Both the position numbers and the translations under genes were made by a program. The notes under the pieces were generated by a model. It saw only the letters and a program-made list of their open reading frames with translations, did not search any database and was not told the origin of the DNA. This document shows, piece by piece, positions 46,945-58,864 of a stretch of 64,000 nt of DNA. The stretch spans positions 6,944,001-7,008,000 of the forward strand of contig OZ249445.1 of NCBI GenBank assembly GCA_965235115.1, in the 5' to 3' direction. The first letter of the stretch is position 1, and every line of letters begins with the position of its first letter. Source of the stretch: Laetmonice hystrix. Taxonomy: Eukaryota.

Positions 46945-48933
46945 ATGTCTACATCAGAGCCAGAACTAGTTATGGAGACGTCCCAAACATCCAAGCAGGA
47001 ACGCCCCAGCATACGACGGACGCCACGTCCCTTACGTCCAATTGTCTACGTCATGGCGTTCTTTGGCATGTTCAACTTCCGTCATGGACGTTGCGGTCCG
47101 TCCAGTCTGTGTTTCTCCATTTTCATTCAGTTCTCCTACTTGGTATTTTTTGTGACATCGTTAATATTGGTTGCATCTACTTTCGAACACGATGGTACTA
47201 CTTTCAATCTTTTGGTTCAAATCATGTACGGTCTGTTACTACTAGCGTCGATCGTCAACGTCTTATTCATGTTTGTTACATGTATCAGAAAGAAGGGAGT
47301 GACTGTCCTCCTTGCACGAATATATTCTGGGTTTCCTGGACTGAGAGAACAAGATGGAATCAAAGGTGTGTGCAACACAAAGAAGGCTTGGGCGATAACG
47401 GTAGGCATCTTCGTAATACATGGTCTGCTAATTATTGTTGTGGCTGGCGTTGGTTTCTATGGGATTTCCTTCGGTACCATGTCACCGGTCCTTGTGCACG
47501 TGTCAGTCACGGTGGGCGTCCTTATGAACATCGTCATCACGTGTTTCTTTGTGTCTTTGTGCGGCCTCATCTTCCTCGAGCTCCGCCATCATCGACGTCA
47601 AATCAAGGCTGAACACCAAACTCAAAGTTCTGAGGAAGAGTGTCTTGGAAATCAACCAGCCTGGGAGGAAAACTGTCTTGAAAATCAAATTCAACGAGCA
47701 GAAGCGGTTGTGGACATCCTCACAACTGCAGATGGTATCTTTGGGTGGTTCCTCGTCGTCCACCTTGGGCTCTCGCTAGTAGTAGCTGGTATCATAAGTT
47801 ATTTCGGGGCAAAAGACTTCGATATATTGATAGATTCTACCATGTGGGTACTGGTGCCAACCCTCGCCGTAACAGGGATAATGAGTTTCTCCTCTGCTGG
47901 GATCAACAACCATCAGGTATGTCCCTCTCCTGCATTATCACGAGGCCAGGTTACATGTAACAAGTTACACGTAACTACGGTTTCCTATTATATCTTACTG
48001 TTGTATGGAGATACTTTCAAGGAGAACAGTTGCTTTTCACACGTCTTTTCGTTTTTTTCTAAATTCGTAAATGAATATAGGCATAACTTAGAAGTTCCTC
48101 TGTGTTGAAAACGGGACCGTAAGCTATCCAACATTTTCAAAAGCATGCACATGTAGATACCGACTTTTCTAACCCACTGTTCATTCATCCATGTCGAGTT
48201 CATTATCAGGTACTGAACCTTGCTGATGACCTCTGCGACACCCGCAATAGTCGTATGGTGACGTCGGAGCTATTCCTTAAGGTAGGCCTATATAGACATG
48301 CTTATCTTCAGGACTTGCTTAGATTTAATGGTCCTGTACAGCCTTCTTGGAGTCTCCGGAAATCTTCTCCATGTGTAAAAAGGGGCAGATGGATTGAATT
48401 TGAACTTTTTTTCATCAGGTGCTTCTAATCTTGACGAAGATCAGGGACAAGAATGTCGGATTCCGGATTGGCAGTTTCTTTTTTATCAGCCCCATCCTCA
48501 GTTTCCTGGTACATGTACATCATCTTGATTCATGCTAACAACTGAAATAATAACTATTTCAAGATGTACAGCCGAGGGTTGTTCATCCGTACTTTTAAAT
48601 GTGTTTTTCCGTCCTCGTAAAGCTAAATGTACACAGAAAAACACATGTATTTGCTTAAAGTCGGAATCTATAAATATCAACACATTAAAACCCCTAAAGT
48701 ACATAATCCCGGTATAAAAGATGCCTTTTCATGGAGCTATCAAACTTCAAAAGGTCTAAGGAAAAGTTATAATGTATTTGAAAATACAATGCTGTTGTTC
48801 ACTGGCTATATTGTGCAATAAATGTACGAAGATGTCCTAGCCGATAAAAATCTTTCTATAACACCTGATATATTTGCAGTACCTTGGAGTTCTCGTCATC
48901 GCTCCAGTGATTCTCCTTTTTATGTTTCTTTAA
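46945..48933 (+). CDS. GRL gene C; exons 46945-47916, 48210-48281, 48419-48508, 48880-48933; 395 aa
   Basis: Same architecture; exon 3 VLLILTKIRDKNVGFRIGSFFFISPILSFL; last exon YLGVLVIAPVILLFMFL*. Confidence 0.75.
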
Positions 48934-49765
48934 CATCATTCGTTTGTGCACATGGACGCGAGATATCGCCGGGCGCGGAGATGTATCGTGGAATTTGTTA
49001 AAGTCGGAACAAATTGTACCAGGAACAATTAACGATTATAGATCTAGATAGTGAATACATGGTACAGAGGAGGACTTGGTGACCGTAGGGAGAGGGGCAG
49101 GTTGGGGTATGGCGGTGGTGTCAAACCACGCCCTGCCGGTGTATATAAACGCTATGTGGTATGCCAGTATGTCATATTAAGTACCACGTGACACACATGG
49201 TAAGGTTTTCTAATTCCTCTTAGCGTCTGATAGCAATTTTGTGCACCATATGTGTACAATATAGTATTATTGGCCTATATCCCACCGTAAACCGTCAGTG
49301 ATGCCAAGTTATAGGGAACAGATGAATTTTCTCCAATGGTGGAGGCTATTTTGCATAATATGCAAATTATATTCAAATTATAAATTTGCAAATGTGCCTA
49401 TCATGTCCACTGACCATTAAAGAATGGGTTTGGATACTTGATTTGTTTCAGTTATGTCCTTCGATGCACAGTTATAGGGAAAATATAAATGTTCTCTTAT
49501 GGCGGAAGCTACATTTCATATTATGCAAATTTGACCTATTTCCCATACTCGGATTTCTTACGACTTTTAGTATGGTGTTTAGGTGACCATACTGAAATGC
49601 ACTGCAGTGAAAACAATTCTGTTGCAATTTGTGGTGGGTGAAGGTACTACTTTGACTGAACTAATACGACTCTCTGCTGGGATAACATAAAATTCAGTCT
49701 TTTCAAATGTTTCATACTGAACTGAGTCGAAGGCTAGAGACGATACGATAAAGGACTGTTTTCAG

Positions 49766-50050
49766 ATGGTCCTTATCCTGACGAAAATCAGAGACAAGAA
49801 TGTCGGCTTCCGCATTGGTTGCTTCCATTTTATCTATCCATTCTACAGTTTGGCGGTATGTATACCTGTATACCTTGAACAATATTTACGATATAGTTAT
49901 GTTATTCAGAAGGTGACCAATTATCTGAAATTACTTCTGTCTCTACAAATCATGGTTGGTGGTCTCATGAATCGCTCACAGACTCAAAAACATTCACCAC
50001 AAACGGAAGGAGCTGTACGCAATGTGCCTTTCGTAAAACGAAATGGCTAA
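49766..50050 (+). pseudogene. Orphan copy of GRL-B exons 3 (49766-49855) and 4 (49910-50050), with no exons 1-2
   Basis: Near-identical to 45623-45907 with intact splice sites and open frame; the duplication starts inside GRL-B intron 2. Confidence 0.75.
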
Positions 50051-51087
50051 TATTTATGAATTTTATGAATGTTTTCTGTGACTGTATATGAACAGAAATC
50101 TAACGTATAATGCATCACTTTTCAGTTCCTTGGCATTGGATTCAGCGCTTCGAATTTTATGCTTCCTAAGCAATATTCTGTTAAAAATATGTTAAATTCG
50201 ACGACAGCGTCAATGTAAGGCCATGTCTTCCAGACGGAGAGAATGGAACATCTGAGGCTGGATGACGAATGTTGGAATTCGAAGTGGATTATTATTATAT
50301 CATCTGGGTTACCTTGTGTAAGAACAGAAAATCCACATGTGCACGCATACATGTCAGGAAATCAAATATGTGGCTAATTGCTGCAGCTGTGGGTGAAATA
50401 GTGTTCGTGGTGCAGTCGTGTTACACGCGTAATCACATTTATATCGGCTTTTTTTCAACAAAGTGGCGGTCGATGCACATTTGGCGATGCTCCCAGGCTC
50501 ATAATATACCCTAGGCCTCTATATAATTCCAAGAGCAGAGCTCCACTTAGGCCTGATGCCATTACAGATGTGGGGCAATGGAAACATGCGGGCAAAATGA
50601 GGCCAAATAACCCAGGACACCAGAGCTCTAGCTTTCGGGGGAAGCGCTGCATCATTATGTTTATTGTCTCCCTGGACAACGGCACTTGCTGACAAAGGAG
50701 GGAGCCAGTAAAGGCAGTTAGTGTCTGCCGTTGTTAACCATTAACCGAAATGACAGCTGTAGAACTACGTAGGACAAAATATATAATATACGGAAATAAT
50801 AGATTGTGTCATTCTCTTTTTTATAATGAATAATGGATGATTAAGGGAGGTGACATTATCGTACGAAAGAACTGAGTAGAAAGTAATGCGTGTTTGGGGA
50901 ATGAGCCGGATGCTGCACGCTCTCTGTGGGGATGTCACTGGTAGATCACACATATAAGTGCTGCCATTCTGGCCATTCGTCCACCGTGACGTACTGATGA
51001 CTTGTTGAGGTAGGTCGACTCGGCCACCACACGTGCCAACAGAGCAACACCCGCATCGGGCAGGATTTCAAAATTACTTCTGTGAAA

Positions 51088-53159
51088 ATGTCTACATCAG
51101 AGCCAGAACTAGTTATGGAGACGTCCCAAACATCCAAGCAGGAACGCCCCAGCATACGACGGACGCCACGTCCCTTACGTCCAATTGTCTACGTCATGGC
51201 GTTCTTTGGCATGTTCAACTTCCGTCATGGACGTTGCGGTCCGTCCAGTCTGTGTTTCTCCATTTTCATTCAGTTCTCCTACTTGGTATTTTTTGTGACA
51301 TCGTTAATATTGGTTGCATCTACTTTCGAACACGATGGTACTACTTTCAGTCATTTGGTCCAAATCAGTTACGGTCTGGTACTACTGGCGTCGATCGTCA
51401 ACGTCTTATTCATGTTTGTTACATGTATCAGAAAGAAGGGAGCGACTGTCCTCCTTGCACGAATATATTCTGGGTTTCCTGGACTGAGAGAACAAGATGG
51501 AATCAAAGGTGTGTGCAACACAAAGAAGGCTTGGGCGATAACGGTAGGCATCTTCGTAATACATGGTCTGCTAATTATTGTTGTGGCTGGCGTTGGTTTC
51601 TATGGGATTTCCTTCGGTACCATGTCACCGGTCCTTGTGCACGTGTCAGTCACGGTGGGAGTCCTTATGAACATCGTCATCACGTGTTTCTTTGTGTCTT
51701 TGTGCGGCCTCATCTTCCTCGAGCTCCGCCATCATCGACGTCAAATCAAGGCTGGACACCAAACTCAAAGTTCTGAGGAAGAGTGTCTTGGAAATCAACC
51801 AGCCTGGGAGGAAAACTGTCTTGAAAATCAAATTCAACGAGCAGAAGCGGTTGTGGACATCCTCACAACTGCAGATGGTATCTTTGGGTGGTTCCTCGTT
51901 GTCCACCTTGGGCTCTCGCTAGTAGTAGCTGGTATCATAAGTTATTTCGGGGCAAAAGACTTTGATATATTGATAGATTCTACCATGTGGGTACTGGTGC
52001 CAACCCTCGCCGTAACAGGGATAATGAGTTTCTCCTCTGCTGGGATCAACAACCATCAGGTATGTCCCTCTCCTGCATTATCACGAGGCCAGGTTACATG
52101 TAATAAATTACACGTAACTACGGTTTCCTATTATATCTTACTGTTGTACTGAGATACTTTCAAGGAGAACAGTTGCTTTTCACACGTCTTTTCGTTTTTT
52201 TTCTAAATTCGTAAATGAATCCAGGCATAACTTTAGAAGTTCCTCTGTGTTGAAAACGGGACCGTAAGCTATCCAGCATTTTTAAAAGCATGCACATGTA
52301 GATCCCGACTTTTCTAACCTTCATACTGTTCATTCATCCATGCATCTGTCGAGTTCATTATCAGGTACTGAACCTTGCTGATGACCTCTGCGACACCCGC
52401 AATAGTCGTATGGTGACGTCGGAGCTATTCCTTAAGGTAGGCCTATATAGACATGCTTATCTTCAGGACTTGCTTAGATTTAATGGTCCTGTACAGCCTT
52501 CTTAGAGTCTCCGGAAATCTTCTCCATGTGGAAAAAGGGGCAGATGGATTGAATTTGAACTTTTTTTCATCAGGTGCTTCTAATCTTGACGAAGATCAGG
52601 GACAAGAATGTCGGATTCCGGATTGGCAGTTTCTTTTTTATCAGCCCCATCCTCAGTTTCCTGGTACATGTACATCATCTTGATTCATGCTAACAACTGA
52701 AATAATAACTATTTCAAGATGTACAGCCGAGGGTTGTTCATCCGTACTTTTAAATGTGTTTTTCCGTCCTCGTAAAGCTAAATGTACACAGAAAAACACA
52801 TGTATTTGCTTAAAGTCGGAATCTATAAATATCAACACATTAAAACCCCTAAAGTACATAATCCCGGTATAAAAGATGCCTTTTCATGGAGCTATCAAAC
52901 TTCAAAAGGTCTAAGGAAAAGTTATAATATATTTGAAAATACAATGCTGTTGTTCACCGGCTATAATGTACATTAAGTGTACGAAGATGTCCTAGCCGAT
53001 AAAATAGAACTCTTGCTATAACACCTGATCTATTTGCAGTACCTTGGAGTTCTCGTCATCGCTCCAGTGATTCTCCTTTTTGTGTTGTTAACATCATTCG
53101 TTTGTGAAAATGGACGCGAGATTTCGCCGGGCGCGGAGATATATCATGGAATTTGTTAA
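51088..53159 (+). CDS. GRL gene D (duplicate of C); exons 51088-52059, 52365-52436, 52574-52663, 53040-53159; 417 aa
   Basis: Six amino-acid differences from C in exon 1; last exon YLGVLVIAPVILLFVLLTSFVCENGREISPGAEIYHGIC*. Confidence 0.75.
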
Positions 53160-53943
53160 AGTAGGAACAAATTGTACCAGGAACTCTCATAAATTATAGA
53201 TCTAGATATTGAATACATGGTACAGAGGAGTACTTGGTGACCGTAGGGAGAGGGGCAGGTTGGGGTATGGCGGTGGTGTCAAACCACGCTCTGCCGGTGT
53301 ATATAAACGCTATGTGGTATGCCAGTATGTTATATTAAGTACCACGTGACACACATGGTGAGGTTTTCTAATTCCTCTTAGCGTCTGAGAACAATTTTGT
53401 GCACCATATTGTGTACAATATAGTATTATCGGCCTATATCCCACCGTAAGCCGTCAGTGTGTTTGATCAAATGATATTGGAATATTTACGACTACATCAT
53501 GCGGTGTGACTGTGTGTGTATCTATCAGCAGTATGGGACAGGACCCTCACATACAAACCATTTAGTGACTCGGGCAACAAAACATATTGGATGCATGAGG
53601 AGAACGCCGAGTTCCCCCGTTTCTTTTCGTATACTTGTATGTGAATACAAAATGTATATAAAAACAATAATAATGCCAGTAATAATGCCAGACTCTTATA
53701 AACCACAACACGAGGCTGGAACCTGTAAGAGTCCTATATATACATACACCAGTATATTATAAGGGTATGTTAATCGGTAATGTTGTTAGTATACATCAAA
53801 TATTTGACATCTATAACCAATATCGTATGAACTGTAATATGATTGTATGTAGTTTGTGTTAAAACTATTAATTAATACATACTGCTAATACATTCGTATA
53901 ATTTTCTCAAACTCAAAATATGCAGTCATTGTTATCGATTTCT

Positions 53944-54073
53944 CATAGGCGCCGGAACCGGGGGCAGGGTCCCAAAATATTAGCAAGGGGTGGCCCCCTC
54001 CTAGTCGGTGGATAAGAGTTGGTTTTACCCCCCCCCCCCCCCCCCCTATTGTGAACATCTTCCGGCGCCAGTG
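53944..54073. mobile_element. Short GC-rich MITE-like repeat
   Basis: CATAGGCGCCGGAA ... TTCCGGCGCCAGTG (12/14 inverted match); no TSD recognised. Confidence 0.5.
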
Positions 54074-54251
54074 TACCGCACTTTCCTATCCAGTTTGTCA
54101 TCTCACTTCTCTGAGATTTCTCTGTACAGGTTTAAAAAATCTCAATATTCGGGTCTTTCTAATGCGAGTTCTTCAAGGTAACAACTACTTCACATCTCAT
54201 AATTATGTATTTCTTTTCCACTGCTCAATTTGTTCTCGAGTGCTGAACCAG

Positions 54252-57200
54252 CTAATCGCGTGGTTCCATTTTCATCATACACTTTCGTCCGGGTTGCATA
54301 ATTTGAATCCTATCGGGTTGAAACGGTATCTGAAATAACAAAGATATGATTCAGTATTGTGCTGCGCAGGCCTAAAATAGGAGTATATATAATTATATGC
54401 GCGTGCCCTTGGCAAAAACCCTATTTTAGTGGCCAAGAATTGCATTATTTTAAGACTGATATGATCTTTAAGACTAAGCCCCATCTTGGCAATAGTGACC
54501 AAGAAGCACAAAACATCTCTAGCTCTGGACATTTACAGGATTCTAAGCAATACCTCCGTGCTTTTTGAGGGCACAACTCTCTGGCCCCGCAAGGCGTTGA
54601 TAATGGCAACTTTCATTTCCATGAGAGCCAGGCGCATGCCGATACAGTTCCTGGGTCCGAAGCCAAACGGAAGCCAATGATACGGATTGTGTTCTCGCCT
54701 CTTCTCCACAGTGAACCTGACACAGTGAATGCGTGTGTGATACTCAACTACCGGCTAGCTAGGGTTGCTGCCAAAATGCCACTTGTATATGACATGATTT
54801 GAAAAAGGGTTAGATAAAGTTGGATAGGCTTATGGAAGTAATGAACGGCGCGCACCTGTCGGGGTCAAACTTCTCCGGGTCGGGCCAGATTTCTGGGGAG
54901 TGGTGCATGGCATATACAGGGACACTGACGATTGAACCTTTGGGAAGGTTCACCCCAGCGATTGTGACGTCACGCCCCGCAACACGGTCAACGCTGCCGC
55001 GGCAAGAAGCAAACGGACGTTTAGATTATGTTATAGAACCAAGAACGTCCAGACACATGTAACTTAACATTCCGCGGTGTAATAAACTACATCAGTCTTA
55101 ATCACAACTATACTCCAATAACATAAAAGTACATCAGTCTTAATCACAACCATACCCCAATAACATAATCATTACCTGTCTCTCCATATAGGCCTACGAT
55201 TACTTACCGAAGGACTGGAGGGAATAACCGAAGGGATTCATACAGACACTGTTCCAGGTACACCATCTTTGATAGAGATTCGTATTTGACCGGTCCCTGA
55301 AATAAAGTAAGACATTTAATATAGGCTATGCTTGTTTCCCTCATATTTTTATTGCAACATCAGTAGCTGTCGGAATCATTCATTACATTATAGCTGCCTT
55401 AGATATGAGACCCTCATGGTGTCAACCCTGGCAGTAAATGTGTCCCTGACCGAGGAAGGTGCCGCCTCCCGGGCCCACACCTACCTCTCTCCCACAGACG
55501 GTGTCGATCTCGTCCAGGAGGCGGTCCTGGACGTCCTGGTTTACGGCCAGGTTGTAGAACAACAGAGTTAGACCAGAGGCCGTCGTGTCGAACCCAGCCA
55601 GGAAAAACAGGAACGCATTGCCAAGGATCTCGTTCGTCGTCAGTCCTTGCATCAAGACAAATAAACATTTATTTATAGATCTAGGCCTAATATCGCAAAA
55701 CGGAAGGCCGAGTTGTGGGCCTCATCTGTCTGCCACTTATACCGTCGTTAAGTTTGGTTCCACTCGTCTACGTGAGACACTCACCTTTCAGTTTGGTCTC
55801 GTCTAACTGGTCGTCGTCTCCTGCCTTTGTCTGCTCCCCGTCTTGGTCCTCAGCACTCTCAGGCTCAATGATGTTATGTCCTTGCTGAGCCCTCACCATT
55901 AACTGGATAAAGTCCGTCCTTGACTGGAGAACGTAGAGAAATCTCATTTTATCATACACTACATGTACGGCGTTCATACGTAATCTTTTCATGTCTTATT
56001 AAATGTACAGACCTGGTCTTCGTCTTTCTGTCGAATCTCGAGAGCTTGTTTAGTGACGTCAGTAAAGAACGATACGACGTCTTTGTCAATGAGATTGATA
56101 CCTAGCTTCTGAAGAAACGGGGCAAACGATGGGAAGAGCACTTCAATAGAAAAAGAATATCAGTTTAGGCATCAATTGTTCAAGTTGACAGCTATAGTCT
56201 AGGCTGCGTTCTATATAATTTGCTCTATCTTGACGGATTTATTAGGTACAATGTAAGCATCCAGATAGAGAGGCAAAGACCTAGTCCTACTCTGTTAGTG
56301 GTGGGTTGAAGTTATTTCAACGTGTCACAGACTAGAAGATGAAGGTTTTTACGTACGAACGAGAGCAAGCAGGGGGTTTGAATCGGTAAACTTGCTTATC
56401 GCCTCCCTCGCTTTGGCCACAAACACGTTGTTTTTGTCGGTTTGAGAGTTCACTCTCATCCCGAAGGCCGTACTGGATATAACGTCCATTGTGAACGACC
56501 CGGCACACCTACACCAAAGGGTATATCTGATTATTGCTAGGTGCATGCCTAATCTGTCCATGCGAGATTTATACCCACTTAGGTTGAATTTATCTATATG
56601 ACAGAATGGAGCTGTGAACTAGTGCTTGGTGTGATAGCAAGTTCCATGTTGTTGACCCCTAGGCCTATATATGAGACGATATGCCCGTTTTGACGACAAC
56701 TGAAAACTCAAACTGACTCTCTCATGTCAAACTCCTCCCCGGTTTCCGCTGCCTTAGTCAGGTTCTTTGCTAGCTGCTGCCCACACCGGTTCACCTCCGA
56801 CAACATCTGAAAATTAGAAGAATACTATCTGTGTCCTATTTCCTTATTTGCTGCAACCTGCGCAGAGTTTTGGTTGTTCCACAACTGTCCTTCAGAAAGT
56901 GTTTGAAAAACTTGCCCTTTTCAGTTTTCCGGTGGAGAAGGTGGGTGACATGTTGTTGCGGACATGTTTCCATTGGTTGTCCTTGATGACGGTGAGCATG
57001 GTATCAGTCACCTCATCTCCTTGCAGAAACACCTGGTGGTGAGGGGCAGAACCAGACAGTACTCACACATCACGGTACAGCCGTCACCGATCGAGCCAGG
57101 TTAAAACATCATTCACAACGACAATCAAACATGACTTTCTATGTAAGGGATTTTAATAGGGACTGTAACATAAACACACGTCGGTTCAGAGGGTGACAAA

Positions 57201-58341
57201 TTGAAGCAATTAATGCAGTCAAGCCGCTTACTCTTCTGTTGGTGAAGTTGTGAAAATCCTTGACCATCACTTGTGACAGCAACTCCTCGTCGAATATCAA
57301 CAACTCGGGAGTTCGGCCAGCGAACGTTCTACAAATATCACAAAGGGTCCGAGAAAACCAAACACATTCATTTCAAAATACAATCCTGAAACCTGAAAAT
57401 CATCCTCGCTAACCTTACGTAGAGTTGAAGAACCCCCTGGGAAGCCACTTTACATAGTTTAAATATAGACCACTTATATGTCATCCTGAGTAGCTGGCTT
57501 TACTTTTTACCCACGTTAAACATCTGAGAACGTTTGACCACTCACCCCACCATCTTGCCATATTTCTTCAGCTCCAAATCACCCTTTGGGAAGCCCTAGG
57601 AATGAACGTTCATAGTGTAGAGCATTGGTACAAAAGGACCTGACTCACTTTGCATGTCTTCATGTTTAACTAAGCATGTCTTAATGTTAATGTTTAATCG
57701 GATAAAGAACATGGGAAAATAAACACTTTTAAATACGCCATAAAATCGGGAAAGGTGCCAAAGGGATTGAACACACAGAGTGTTGACACTTACCTTGGAT
57801 ATCTCACCCAGCATAGTGCCCACAAAAGGGTATGGAGTCGGCCCAGGTACACCCTGAGATTTGAAAACGTTGAACGTCGACGTGCCATATCTGAGACAGA
57901 GCAAAAGCTTAGTATCTTAATAAAAGTAAAATAACAAATTTACGAAAGTTTACATCAACTGATCTAATGATGATAGTTTCGTCAATCTGTCAGAAGTCCG
58001 ACAGTTTTGGTTGCCAAAACTTTGATTTGACCCATATTTTCCTAGGACATATATATTTACATATCATTTATTACCGTTTGATTAGGTTAGGGCAGTGACA
58101 AGGACAGGGGAGTTAACAACAGTTAGAGGTCGAGTGGTTCGTACAACCAATCTCCACTCAGATCTTTGACAGCCTATCATGGCCCATACCTGTAGGTACC
58201 ACAGTACATGATCCTGTCATAGCCCAAAACGCAAGAAATAAAAATGGTACTAAATATGTTTACTCACATGTAAATGGCGACGATGATGACCAGTAACAAT
58301 AAAAGCCATAAAGGCACGTCAAGGAGTCCAAAGATCAACAT
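54252..58341 (-). CDS. Cytochrome P450, clan 3 (CYP3-like); 14 exons (58268-58341, 57794-57890, 57546-57595, 57232-57328, 56916-57032, 56718-56806, 56357-56508, 56013-56140, 55785-55923, 55485-55645, 55208-55296, 54856-54993, 54554-54716, 54252-54329), 523 aa
   Basis: N-terminal anchor, PGPTPYP, AGFDTT (I helix), ESLR (ExxR), PEKFDPDRF and FGFGPRNCIG heme motif. Exon sizes 89/128/161/163 match CYP3A4 as recalled. Confidence 0.95.
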
Positions 58342-58713
58342 TGTGATCAGCTGTGGACGCTGTCCCCGTTCCAAAAGCCTGTATAGAACACTGCTAGCTG
58401 CTACACTGATCGAGACCACCGATTTACATGTCACTATGTCAGTACACATATATAGCACGGTACGGAAATAGGTCGGGCGATCGCATGGTTCCCTTCCAGA
58501 TCAGGCCCTGCCCCCCCCCCCCCCCCTCGTTGGCATGGCGGCTTGGTTCATGTTGAGGTCAGCCTTACCAAGGTCAGCCATGCGTGGGGGCCAGCTTAGC
58601 TGGACGGCTCCCTCCCTTCATCTTTGTTCTCTCCACTAGACGGCCTCCCTCTAAAACAAGCCGTGCGTATGGGTCACTGACCCTCAAAACATGTAACCTT
58701 CTTGTAAAGAATC

Positions 58714-58864
58714 CAGGGGCGGATCCAGGATTTTGGTAGGGGGTGGGGGTGGGGTGGGAGTCAGCATGGGGGAAAAAGAAGTTGCCGGGGGGGGGGGGGT
58801 TTAAAACGTGATAAGAATAAAAACCCTTACACGTAACCCCCCCCCCCCCCCCGATCCGCCACTG
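58714..58864. mobile_element. Short GC-rich MITE-like repeat
   Basis: CAGGGGCGGATC ... GATCCGCCACTG inverted ends; no TSD recognised. Confidence 0.55.

Larger units (their letters stand above)
45523..53459. repeat. Recent tandem segmental duplication: ~45523-49300 and ~49665-53459 (offset ~4143 bp)
   Basis: Near-identical coding, intronic and intergenic sequence; ~365 bp of unique spacer between copies. Confidence 0.95.

Noticed and set aside
46890-47612. 240-aa alternative-frame ORF overlapping GRL-C (also 51033-51776)
   Set aside because: GTG start; this frame rarely gains stops when the main frame is hydrophobic, and it is broken in genes A and B.
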